Positions 1 through 11,991 of a DNA stretch of 64,000 nucleotides are shown in pieces. The notes beneath the pieces are model-generated. The model was given only the letters and a program-made list of their open reading frames with translations, made no database searches and was not told where the DNA came from. A program made the position numbers and the translations under genes. The stretch spans positions 2,270-66,269 of the forward strand of contig JAHEXZ010000017.1 in assembly GCA_023251835.1 (NCBI GenBank), read 5' to 3'. Source of the stretch: Bacteroidota bacterium. Lineage in GTDB: Bacteria > Bacteroidota > Bacteroidia > 2-12-FULL-35-15. The first letter of the stretch is position 1. Every line of letters starts with the position of its first letter.

Positions 1-1
1 G

Positions 2-595
2 GCTCAGTTTCTTGATGAAAAGAAAAGAAATGAGATAACGAACAAATACAAGATACATGGTAAAAAGCATATTTTGTTTGAAACAGGAGAAGGGAAAGTT
101 TTAGGAACAGCCAATATCAAAAACCTTATTATTCCTTCATGGGCCGATAAAAGTATCGGAGTATTTAAAAACCAATACAAAAACGGATCTCTGCGTAAAC
201 CCTGGATACCACAAGTATTACCATTGCAGTTAGTTATAATTGGTGAGCTTGCCATTGCTGCCTTTCCTGGCGAAATAACTACCGTTGCAGGATGGAGACT
301 GAGAACTACCATTCACAATATTTTGCAAAAACGAGGAATAAAAAAAGTAATTATTTCGCCTTATGCCAATGCTTATTGCGGTTATGTTACTACTTACGAA
401 GAATATCAATGCCAGCTATATGAAGGAGGACATACCGTATATGGCGAGTGGACCCTGGCTGCTTTTCAAACAGCGTTTAAAAAATTAGCATTGCAGATGC
501 TTGAAAAAACCGAAAACAGAAAAACAGACACCAGCATAAAGCCTATAGAGTTTACAAGAGAGGAACTGACCAAAAGAAGTTTTCCGGAAAACTGA
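2..595 (+). CDS. neutral/alkaline ceramidase, C-terminal part (5' end lies outside the window)
   Basis: The frame of ORF 74..595 stays open back to nt 2. The block SPYANAYCGYVTTYEEYQCQLYEGGHTVYGEWTLAAF matches the conserved N-x-Y-x-x-Y-x-TT-x-EEY-x-x-Q-x-YE...YG...TL-x-A region of neutral ceramidases. Confidence 0.65.
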   Translation, partial: AQFLDEKKRNEITNKYKIHGKKHILFETGEGKVLGTANIKNLIIPSWADKSIGVFKNQYKNGSLRKPWIPQVLPLQLVIIGELAIAAFPGEITTVAGWRLRTTIHNILQKRGIKKVIISPYANAYCGYVTTYEEYQCQLYEGGHTVYGEWTLAAFQTAFKKLALQMLEKTENRKTDTSIKPIEFTREELTKRSFPEN

Positions 596-753
596 TTTCA
601 GACTTAAGGTTGTTTATAGTGCACAACGTTACATCAAATTATAATAAAGCCTTCACTGGTATAAATATAAATAAGTTTTAAATTTTACATAATTTTCTTT
701 TAAATTCTGAGTTATTACCGTTGTTCATTTAACATATATTTAACATATCCCCA

Positions 754-3219
754 ATGAAAAAAACAGTAACGCTTTCTTTTCTCACATTCAGTTTATGCTT
801 TAAAATTCAGGCACAATTCCTTCAAACCTATACCGGGGACAATTATTCAGGAATAAATGCTGCTTTACTACAACCTGCTGCTATTGCAGATAGCCGCTTT
901 CTGTTTGATATAAATGTAACAGGGGCACAAAATGCATTATCAAGTAATTATGGAGCTTTTAATGCTAATTATCTCTCAGACCCTACCTCTATCAGTACAT
1001 TTAAATACTATAGGAAAAGTATTGGTAAGAGCTACTATTATCAAAACCAGGAGCTGCATTTTGGATGCTTTATGATTACCCTCACTCCTAAGGATGCAGT
1101 AGGCTTTGTTAAACGAACACGTACAATTTCTAACCTGGATGGCCTTGATCAGGATATGGCACTCCTGCTTTTTAGTGATATGAACAACGCATCACTTAAT
1201 AATCAACTGCTAACCAGCAAAAAACTGAGTTATCAGAAAATGAAATACAAGGAAACAGCTTTTAGCTATGCACGTGTTCTTATAGATGATAGAGAGAAAT
1301 TTATAAAAGCGGGTGCTACATTAAAAGTACTGAATGGTGTAGAAGCATTGTCGCTGTATAGTAAAGATGTAGAACTTACCCCCATCAACTCAGCAAACAC
1401 CCAATTTACAAATACAGAATTTTCCTATGGATATTCTCACAATAATAGTGATGGATTTAACAATAAACTATCTCTGGGGCTGGATTTAGGAGTTGTATAT
1501 GAATTCCGGCCGGATCATAAAACATTTTTTTATGACATGGATGGTAAAAAGGGGCTTCTAAGAAAAGATCTGAACAAATATAAGTTCAGAATAGGTGCTT
1601 CCTTGCTGGATATCGGGCGTATTAAATTTACCAAAACAAACAATAGTCATGATTTTATTGTTAATCAGAGTGTGAATGGAATTACATCTGTGGATAAAAA
1701 TAATTTAGAAAGTATTAATTCATTCATAATCAATAATAATTTTCAGACACCTGCAAGTAATAAAAGTACTTTTAAAATGAACCTGCCCACAGCATTGAGC
1801 ATACAGGCTGATTATTATTTCCGTAATAATATTTATTTCGGATATACATCATACATTCCAATTTGGCTGAGGAGTGATGAAGCAAAGGTTCATAATCTGA
1901 TGAGACATGTTTTCTTAGCTCGTTATGAAAAAAGAAATTTTGGTGTTGCCATCCCGGTTTCAATTGTACGCAATGGACAAATCAATGCAGGTTTGAATGT
2001 TCGTTATGGTGCTATCACAGTAGGTACAACCAACCTGTCATCTTATCTTATGGGAGAACGCAGGCTTTATGATTTAAATATCTATTTTGCTGTAAGGGCT
2101 TTTCGTTTGTATCCTGCACCGGCTGATAAAGATGGAGATAAGGTTTCTGATAAAAAAGATTATTGTCCTACAGAGCCAGGTCTGTTGGCTTTAGAAGGGT
2201 GCCCTGATGCTGACCTTGATGGACTTGCTGATTACAAAGATTATTGCCCGAATGTTGCAGGACCTCTTGATTTAAATGGTTGCCCGGATACTGATAGTGA
2301 TGGTGTTTTGGATTACTTAGATGCCTGTCCGACAGAAAAAGGGTTTGCAATTAATAAGGGTTGCCCCGACAGGGATAAAGATGGTATTTTAGATGTAGCG
2401 GACCGTTGCCCTGATGTTCCGGGTATTCCTAAAAATAATGGTTGTCCCGAAGAACCAATTGTTTGTTGTGCAGACAGTGACGGTGATGGAATATTAGATA
2501 GATTTGATGATTGCCCTACAGTATTTGGAAAGCTTATTAATAAAGGATGTCCGAGTGATTCAATTGGTATTGATAGTCAAATAAGAATAAATAATGCGAA
2601 ACAGAACAAGCCGGAAAATAAAGCTGAAAGTAAAACTAACATCGAAGGAAAAGTAGAAAAAACAACTACTCCGAAGAAAGAGCCAGCGAAAGGTGAAACA
2701 AATTCTGAGAAAAAAATTATACATGATACACTAGTGAAACCTATTGTAGACAGGGTTCCAACAGATCCAATTCCTGTTTATAAAACTGTGCCTATTGAAC
2801 CTGAACACTCAAAAGGAAAAGCTGATAAAAAAGGGAAAGGAAACAAACATGGATTGGATGTTACAACAGTAATGGATACACTTACGGCAACTGTTTATTT
2901 TGATAAGGATGCTGATAAAGTAACGGCCAAATATTATACAGATTTAAATAAAATAATTAAAGCCATGAAAGCAAACCGCACGGCAAAGCTAATAATACAA
3001 GGCCATACAGATAATGATGGTGACGATGAGTATAATATTACCTTGTCACACAAACGAACGATGGCGGTATTAGCTTATATGCGCAAAAGAGGTTTAACGA
3101 AAAATGACGAAGCACGAGTGGAGATACTTTATTTTGGGGAACGTAAACCTGTAATTGAAAATACGGATGAAAAGAAAAAACAAGTCAACAGAAGAGTTGA
3201 ATTAAAGATTATTCCATAA
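754..3219 (+). CDS. OmpA-family outer-membrane protein with thrombospondin type-3-like Ca-binding repeats
   Basis: Signal peptide MKKTVTLSFLTFSLCFKIQAQ. About 8 repeats of the D-x-D-x-DG-x-x-D-x-x-D-x-CP type (DSDGVLDYLDACP, DKDGILDVADRCP). A K/E/P-rich linker follows. The C-terminal OmpA domain reads HTDNDGDDEYNITLSHKRTMAVLAYM...NRRVEL. Confidence 0.85.
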   Translation: MKKTVTLSFLTFSLCFKIQAQFLQTYTGDNYSGINAALLQPAAIADSRFLFDINVTGAQNALSSNYGAFNANYLSDPTSISTFKYYRKSIGKSYYYQNQELHFGCFMITLTPKDAVGFVKRTRTISNLDGLDQDMALLLFSDMNNASLNNQLLTSKKLSYQKMKYKETAFSYARVLIDDREKFIKAGATLKVLNGVEALSLYSKDVELTPINSANTQFTNTEFSYGYSHNNSDGFNNKLSLGLDLGVVYEFRPDHKTFFYDMDGKKGLLRKDLNKYKFRIGASLLDIGRIKFTKTNNSHDFIVNQSVNGITSVDKNNLESINSFIINNNFQTPASNKSTFKMNLPTALSIQADYYFRNNIYFGYTSYIPIWLRSDEAKVHNLMRHVFLARYEKRNFGVAIPVSIVRNGQINAGLNVRYGAITVGTTNLSSYLMGERRLYDLNIYFAVRAFRLYPAPADKDGDKVSDKKDYCPTEPGLLALEGCPDADLDGLADYKDYCPNVAGPLDLNGCPDTDSDGVLDYLDACPTEKGFAINKGCPDRDKDGILDVADRCPDVPGIPKNNGCPEEPIVCCADSDGDGILDRFDDCPTVFGKLINKGCPSDSIGIDSQIRINNAKQNKPENKAESKTNIEGKVEKTTTPKKEPAKGETNSEKKIIHDTLVKPIVDRVPTDPIPVYKTVPIEPEHSKGKADKKGKGNKHGLDVTTVMDTLTATVYFDKDADKVTAKYYTDLNKIIKAMKANRTAKLIIQGHTDNDGDDEYNITLSHKRTMAVLAYMRKRGLTKNDEARVEILYFGERKPVIENTDEKKKQVNRRVELKIIP

Positions 3220-3247
3220 CTTAAACACACTAATTATCAGCTTTTAT

Positions 3248-4447
3248 ATGGAATATAATTTTTTCAGAGATTACAATTACTACAGGAATGTATTTAAAGG
3301 GATATCAATGCCCTTTGCCTTTGTAGATATGGATATGTTTACTAAAAATACTGAAGATATTATTAAAAGATCGGGAAACAAAAAAATAAGAATTGCATCA
3401 AAATCCATACGTTGTGTAGATCTGATAAAAAAAATACTTTCGTCAGACCCCATCTTTCAGGGTATTATGTGCTTTCATCCATTAGAAGCTATACATCTGA
3501 GTGAACAGGGTTTTGATGATCTGTTAATTGCTTATCCTGTTTATGCTAATCAACAAATATCAGCCATTTGTAAAGAGATTAAAAAAAATAAAACGATTAT
3601 TTTAATGGCCGATTTGCCTGATCATGTGCAGCAACTGAACCGAATAGCAGAACAAGAAAACTGCATTATCCCTGTATGTATGGACATTGATATGTCGAGC
3701 AACTTTGGAAGCCTGCATTTTGGAGTCAGACGCTCAAGTATTACAACGGTAGAGCAGGCAGAAATCTTAGGTGAACAAATAAAAAATCTGAAAAATATAC
3801 GTTTTGAAGGTATTATGGGCTATGAAGCTCAAATAGCTGGTGTTGGTGATATTACAGACAGTGTTGCCAGGAATTTAGTGATACCGGTACTAAAAAAACG
3901 CTCAATAAAAGAGCTTGCGCAACGCAGAGCAGCTATTGTAAATAAAATTCAGGCTCAGGGGCATCAATTAAAATTTGTGAATGGCGGTGGTACTGGTAGT
4001 GCAGAAACAACTATAACCGAATCATGTATCACGGAATTAACTGTTGGTTCAGGATTTTATTCTCCAGGTTTGTTCGACCATTACAAACAATTCCGCCACC
4101 TGCCTGCTGCAGCTTATGCTATAGAGATTACCAGAAACCCATATCCAAATATTTATACCTGTTACGGTGGCGGATATACCGCTTCAGGCTCTATTGAAAG
4201 GAATAAGCTTCCGATACCTTATTTACCTGTTGGAGCTAAACTGATTGATACCGAAGGTGCAGGAGAGGTACAAACACCCATTGTATATAAAGGCACAGAA
4301 AAGTTAAAATTGGGTGACCCCATATTCATGCGTCATGCAAAAGCCGGTGAATTATGTGAACGCTTCAACTCGCTGCTACTTGTAAAAGATGGAAAAATTA
4401 TTGATGAAGTAAAAACATACCGAGGCGAAGGAAAATGCTTTTTGTAG
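3248..4447 (+). CDS. PLP-dependent alanine-racemase-fold enzyme (D-amino-acid aldolase/deaminase-like)
   Basis: N-terminal IRIASKSIRC is a candidate PLP-lysine. Also present are GIMGYEAQIAG, VNGGGTGS and a C-terminal beta domain, as in Ala_racemase_N / D-Ser dehydratase-like proteins. The substrate cannot be assigned from sequence. Confidence 0.6.
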   Translation: MEYNFFRDYNYYRNVFKGISMPFAFVDMDMFTKNTEDIIKRSGNKKIRIASKSIRCVDLIKKILSSDPIFQGIMCFHPLEAIHLSEQGFDDLLIAYPVYANQQISAICKEIKKNKTIILMADLPDHVQQLNRIAEQENCIIPVCMDIDMSSNFGSLHFGVRRSSITTVEQAEILGEQIKNLKNIRFEGIMGYEAQIAGVGDITDSVARNLVIPVLKKRSIKELAQRRAAIVNKIQAQGHQLKFVNGGGTGSAETTITESCITELTVGSGFYSPGLFDHYKQFRHLPAAAYAIEITRNPYPNIYTCYGGGYTASGSIERNKLPIPYLPVGAKLIDTEGAGEVQTPIVYKGTEKLKLGDPIFMRHAKAGELCERFNSLLLVKDGKIIDEVKTYRGEGKCFL

Positions 4448-4464
4448 TTTTAGAGACAAAAAAA

Positions 4465-4493
4465 ACCTGACAGGGCTTAAAACCTTATCAGGT
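4465..4493. terminator. possible bidirectional hairpin between convergent genes
   Basis: acctgacagg...ccttatcaggt forms an imperfect stem (6 bp + 3 bp with a bulge), with an A-run upstream. It lies between the stops at 4447 (+) and 4529 (-). Confidence 0.3.
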
Positions 4494-4528
4494 GTATGAA
4501 TTATTTATTACAGGACATCCCGGAAAAA

Positions 4529-4771
4529 TTAAATACTCTCTGCCAGAACAACAATTTTATTATTCAGCACTTCCACCACTCCTCCATTGATCTCTATATT
4601 TTCAACGTGTTTTTTTACATCCGTAATTTTCACAGTGCCTCTTTTAAGTGTAGCAATGATAGGAGCATGGTTTTTCAAAATTCCAAAAGACCCTTCGGCA
4701 CCAGGCAGCTTCACTGCTTCCACGTCACCGCTGTATACTTTTTTATCCGGGGTTATTATTTCTAACTGCAT
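4529..4771 (-). CDS. atpC: F0F1 ATP synthase subunit epsilon
   Basis: MQLEIITPDKKVYSGDVEAVKLPGAEGSFGILKNHAPIIATL is a typical epsilon N-terminal beta-sandwich. The gene sits directly downstream of atpD. Confidence 0.9.
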   Translation of the reverse strand: MQLEIITPDKKVYSGDVEAVKLPGAEGSFGILKNHAPIIATLKRGTVKITDVKKHVENIEINGGVVEVLNNKIVVLAESI

Positions 4772-4827
4772 AGATTTGAGATTTGAGATTTGAGACGATG
4801 TGAGTATGATTTCTCAATACTCACATC
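4772..4827 (-). other. atpD-atpC intercistronic element: 11-bp perfect hairpin plus 3.5 heptamer repeats
   Basis: gatgtgagtat (4797-4807) pairs perfectly with atactcacatc (4817-4827) around a 9-nt loop. (agatttg)x3.5 at 4772-4796 abuts the atpC ATG. Confidence 0.8.
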
Positions 4828-4837
4828 TCATATCTAT

Positions 4838-6346
<1,509 letters not shown>

Positions 6347-6379
6347 TCAGAATAAGGTTTAGTTTTATAAAAAGCGATG

Positions 6380-6387
6380 CAAAAGTA
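6380..6387 (-). promoter_or_regulatory. candidate Bacteroidota -7 box (TACTTTTG) upstream of atpD
   Basis: Exact match to TAnnTTTG on the minus strand, 40 nt upstream of the atpD ATG. No clear -33 TTG was found. Confidence 0.3.
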
Positions 6388-6568
6388 GTATATTTTATCC
6401 ACCTAAAAAAGCGATTGACAATTATTTTTTTCTCGTTTTAAAACCAATATTGATAGTATTTTTAAACGACTTAAGCGCATCTTTTTCATACATTATCGAA
6501 TCCCTCTTAAAGGGAACCTCTGATCCGGTTTCTATTTTGCTTACATACATTGGTATAACAAAATAATG

Positions 6569-6576
6569 TAAATTTG
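6569..6576 (+). promoter_or_regulatory. candidate -7 box (TAAATTTG) upstream of ribF
   Basis: Exact TAnnTTTG 33 nt before the ribF ATG. A TTG lies at 6550-6552, 16 nt upstream. Confidence 0.35.
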
Positions 6577-6609
6577 CTATTGTCTTAAACCAAGAGTAAA
6601 GCGTTTAGA

Positions 6610-7539
6610 ATGAAAGTTTATACCTCTATTGAAGATTTTAAGGATGTAAAAAACCCGGTGGTAACCACAGGAACATTTGATGGGGTACATTTGGGACATC
6701 AAAAAATTATTTCCCGGTTAAAGGATGCGGCAAAAGAAGAAAATGGTGAAACCGTGCTACTTACTTTTTACCCTCATCCCCGCATGGTACTTTTCCCGGA
6801 AGACAATGAACTGAAACTGCTCAATACCCAACAGGAAAAAATTGAGCTTTTAGAAAAATATGGTATTGATCATTTGATTATTTACCCTTTTACCAGGGAA
6901 TTTTCAAGACTTACTTCTGTAGAATTTGTACGCAATATCCTGGTGAACAAAATAAAAACCAAGCGATTGATAATTGGCTATAATCACCATTTTGGCCGTA
7001 ACCGGGAAGGTTCATTTGAACATTTAAAAGAATATGGCCCTCTCTATGGTTTTGAAGTGGAAGAAATACCGGCTAAAGATATCGAACACATTGAAATTAG
7101 CTCTACTAAAATAAGGAAAGCTTTACAAACAGGAGATGTAAAAACTGCCGCAACCTATCTTGGACATCCATATACATTGAGTGGTAAGGTAGTTGAAGGT
7201 CTAAAATTAGGAAGAACTATTGGTTATCCGACTGCAAATATTGTAGTTAATGATATTTACAAGCTAATACCTGCTGATGGTATCTATGCTGTAAAATTAA
7301 AGCACGTTGGTAAAATGTATGGCGGAATGTTAAGCATAGGAAATAACCCGACAGTGAAAGGCAAAGGCAGAAGCATTGAAGTAAATATCTTTGATTTTAA
7401 CCAAACTATCTATGGTGATTCAGTAACTGTTTATTTTATAGAACGGTTAAGGGATGAAATAAAGTTTAATTCTTTGGAAGAATTGAAAACACAATTGGCA
7501 AAGGACGAACAAAATACATTACGAATAACGAACAGTTAA
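6610..7539 (+). CDS. ribF: bifunctional riboflavin kinase / FMN adenylyltransferase
   Basis: VVTTGTFDGVHLGHQKII (nucleotidyltransferase HxGH motif), SSTKIRKAL, and the riboflavin-kinase part GRTIGYPTANI...IEVNIFDF...YG. Confidence 0.95.
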   Translation: MKVYTSIEDFKDVKNPVVTTGTFDGVHLGHQKIISRLKDAAKEENGETVLLTFYPHPRMVLFPEDNELKLLNTQQEKIELLEKYGIDHLIIYPFTREFSRLTSVEFVRNILVNKIKTKRLIIGYNHHFGRNREGSFEHLKEYGPLYGFEVEEIPAKDIEHIEISSTKIRKALQTGDVKTAATYLGHPYTLSGKVVEGLKLGRTIGYPTANIVVNDIYKLIPADGIYAVKLKHVGKMYGGMLSIGNNPTVKGKGRSIEVNIFDFNQTIYGDSVTVYFIERLRDEIKFNSLEELKTQLAKDEQNTLRITNS

Positions 7540-7564
7540 GATTCAGTATAGTTACTGGTTATTG

Positions 7565-8197
7565 ATGACTAAGAAGCTAATCCATAAAAAAGTTTTAAGA
7601 ATAGTAATGACGTGGTTATTACCGGTTTTATTCTTTCAGAAAATATATGGACAAACAGAATTGCTTGATTCCCTTACATTAGATAAAACATATTCCTATA
7701 CCAGCATAGAAGAAGCAATGCAACACCCGGAACAAGTTATCAGGCTGGAGTTAAGAAAAAAAAGATTAAAACAAATTCCACCGGAAGTTTTTCAATTACC
7801 TAACCTGCAATACTTGGATTTAAGTAAAAATAAAATCAGGGATTTGCCGGATGAAATAGGGCAACTAAAGAATCTGCAATATTTAGCACTTTCTAAAAAT
7901 GAGCTTCAGGAAATTAATCCCCAAATTGGAAATTTAAAGAACCTATATTATCTCGAAATCAATAATAATGAACTCACTGCATTACCTCTTGAAATAGGCA
8001 AGCTCGAAAAACTAAAATATCTTGATTTATGGAGCAATGAAATTGGTCGTTTTCCGGATGAAATGAAAAATCTGAAAAATTTAAAGATGCTGGATTTACG
8101 GGTAATTATGATTCCTGATAATGATCAAAGCCATATACAGTGGCTGTTACCATATACGAAAATCTATTTTTCTCCTTATTGCAGGTGTGCACAGTAA
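7565..8197 (+). CDS. leucine-rich-repeat protein (secreted)
   Basis: Six or more 23-aa LRRs of the form LxxLxxLxLsxNxLxxLPxEIGxLKN. An N-terminal hydrophobic signal is present. The ATG at 7565 is preferred over the TTG at 7562. Confidence 0.8.
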   Translation: MTKKLIHKKVLRIVMTWLLPVLFFQKIYGQTELLDSLTLDKTYSYTSIEEAMQHPEQVIRLELRKKRLKQIPPEVFQLPNLQYLDLSKNKIRDLPDEIGQLKNLQYLALSKNELQEINPQIGNLKNLYYLEINNNELTALPLEIGKLEKLKYLDLWSNEIGRFPDEMKNLKNLKMLDLRVIMIPDNDQSHIQWLLPYTKIYFSPYCRCAQ

Positions 8198-8237
8198 GAT
8201 TTGTTGATTTGTTGATTTGGTGATTTGGTGATTTGGT
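8198..8237. repeat. tandem octamer repeat (gatttgkt)x5
   Basis: gatttgtt gatttgtt gatttggt gatttggt gatttggt starts directly after the stop codon at 8195-8197. Confidence 0.95.
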
Positions 8238-8294
8238 AAACTGTTGAACTGGGGGAATTGTTAAATTTTGATTAAACGTTGTCAGTAAAACAAA

Positions 8295-9269
8295 ATGAAT
8301 TTTCATCTTACTTTTTCAATTCCATCTATTGAGCCGGGCATTAATTACAGTGATAAGTTAATGTTCATCGGTTCCTGCTTTGCTGAAAATATTGGTGAAA
8401 CCATGCAACTGTATAAGTTTAATACAGTAATTAACCCGCATGGGGTACTGTATAACCCGGCAAGTATTGCCGTTGCTTTGAATCGGTATATTGATAACAA
8501 ACTGTTGCAGGAACATGAATTATTTTATTCCAATGAATGTTGGAACAGTTGGGAGCATCATAGTCGTTTTTCTGATACAGATAAGGAATTATGTTTGGCT
8601 ACTATTAACAAAAGTATTTCATCTGCCCACGATTTAATAAAGCAGGCAGACTGGCTCTTTATCACATTCGGCTCCGCTTATGCATATAAACTGAATACAA
8701 CCGGTGAATTAGTAGGCAATTGCCACAAGATACCACAAAAAGAGTTTACGAGATTCTTATTAAACATAAATACAATTGTAGAGGATTATACCCATTTACT
8801 TCAGCAACTAAAAGCGATTAATTATAAACTTAAAATCATTTTTACTGTTAGTCCGGTTAGATATATCCGCGATGGAATAATAGAAAATACACTAAGCAAA
8901 GCACGCCTGATAGAAGCGGTTCATCAGCTTATACAAAAGCAGGAGGATACATTTTATTTTCCTGCATACGAATTAATGATGGATGATCTCCGTGACTACC
9001 GCTTTTATAAAAATGACCTGGTGCATCCTACAGAACAGGCTATTTCTTACATTTTTGAAAATCTTATGGATAGTGCATTTTCAAGCGATACCAAACAATT
9101 ATTTGAAAAAATAAAAGACCTTATTACAGCAACCAAACATCGCCCTTTTCATACCAACACCGAAGCGTATAAAAAATTCAAAGACACCTGTTTAATGCGT
9201 TGCCGGGAATTACAAAAGGCATATTCTTTTCTGGATTTAAAGGATGAAATCGTCCACTTTGAAAAATAA
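8295..9269 (+). CDS. GSCFA-domain protein
   Basis: Contains the eponymous motif IGSCFAENIGE near the N-terminus. Its length and layout fit the GSCFA family. Confidence 0.8.
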   Translation: MNFHLTFSIPSIEPGINYSDKLMFIGSCFAENIGETMQLYKFNTVINPHGVLYNPASIAVALNRYIDNKLLQEHELFYSNECWNSWEHHSRFSDTDKELCLATINKSISSAHDLIKQADWLFITFGSAYAYKLNTTGELVGNCHKIPQKEFTRFLLNINTIVEDYTHLLQQLKAINYKLKIIFTVSPVRYIRDGIIENTLSKARLIEAVHQLIQKQEDTFYFPAYELMMDDLRDYRFYKNDLVHPTEQAISYIFENLMDSAFSSDTKQLFEKIKDLITATKHRPFHTNTEAYKKFKDTCLMRCRELQKAYSFLDLKDEIVHFEK

Positions 9270-9292
9270 ATTCTATTTCATTTAAAAATTCG

Positions 9293-9300
9293 TAATTTTG
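9293..9300 (+). promoter_or_regulatory. candidate -7 box (TAATTTTG) driving the thi leader
   Basis: Exact TAnnTTTG about 12 nt upstream of the first riboswitch helix. Confidence 0.4.
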
Positions 9301-9312
9301 TACCTGAAAAAA

Positions 9313-9425
9313 CTTATAGGGGTGTCTTTAAAATTATTAAATTTTTAAAGTCTGAGATTAAACCCTTTGTTCTTCATAGAAAGAACAGGAACCTGATGCA
9401 GATAATGCTGTCGTAGGAAAATAAG
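9313..9425 (+). promoter_or_regulatory. TPP (THI-box) riboswitch
   Basis: The conserved cores are aggggtg(t)c...tctgaga...accctttg...gaacctgatgcagataatgctgtcgtagg(a)aa. P1 pairs cttat with ataag. It lies upstream of thiS-thiC. Confidence 0.9.
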
Positions 9426-9499
9426 TTGTGAGAACATTTCTTGCCACACTTCTTTTGCATCATTTCTCTCCTGTAAGTTTATAATAAAAAAGCTGTATT

Positions 9500-11712
<2,213 letters not shown>

Positions 11713-11991
11713 TTTTTTAGATACAGATTCATAGCCACAGATTCACAGATTGAAGTTGTCAAAAGTTGAATTTTAATAACTCCCAAAAGTATTTACGTAT
11801 TGTAAAACAATACTCATTACCATTGGGAGAAAAAGAAATGAATAAAAATAAAATTTTAAGCAATTCGTCATTGTTTTTTTTAATAAAAACACCTAAACTG
11901 GCAGTTTTTTTGTATTTTTTTCCCTACATTAGCCCCATACTTGTTACACACAACTTCTCACATTCTTAATATAATGGAATTTTTTTACAGG

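Noticed and set aside
6422-6550. A 42-codon minus-strand ORF (MYVSKIETGSEVPFKRDSIMYEKDALKSFKNTINIGFKTRKK) in the atpD/ribF divergent spacer.
   Set aside because: I recognise no family, it is short, and it overlaps the putative ribF promoter region. It could be a real small protein, but nothing in the sequence supports that beyond being open.
11766-11969. A 67-aa ORF upstream of the monooxygenase-like gene.
   Set aside because: It is an AT-rich, low-complexity translation (..KNKILSNSSLFFLIKTPK..). It sits in the probable promoter or leader region and starts at a non-ATG codon.
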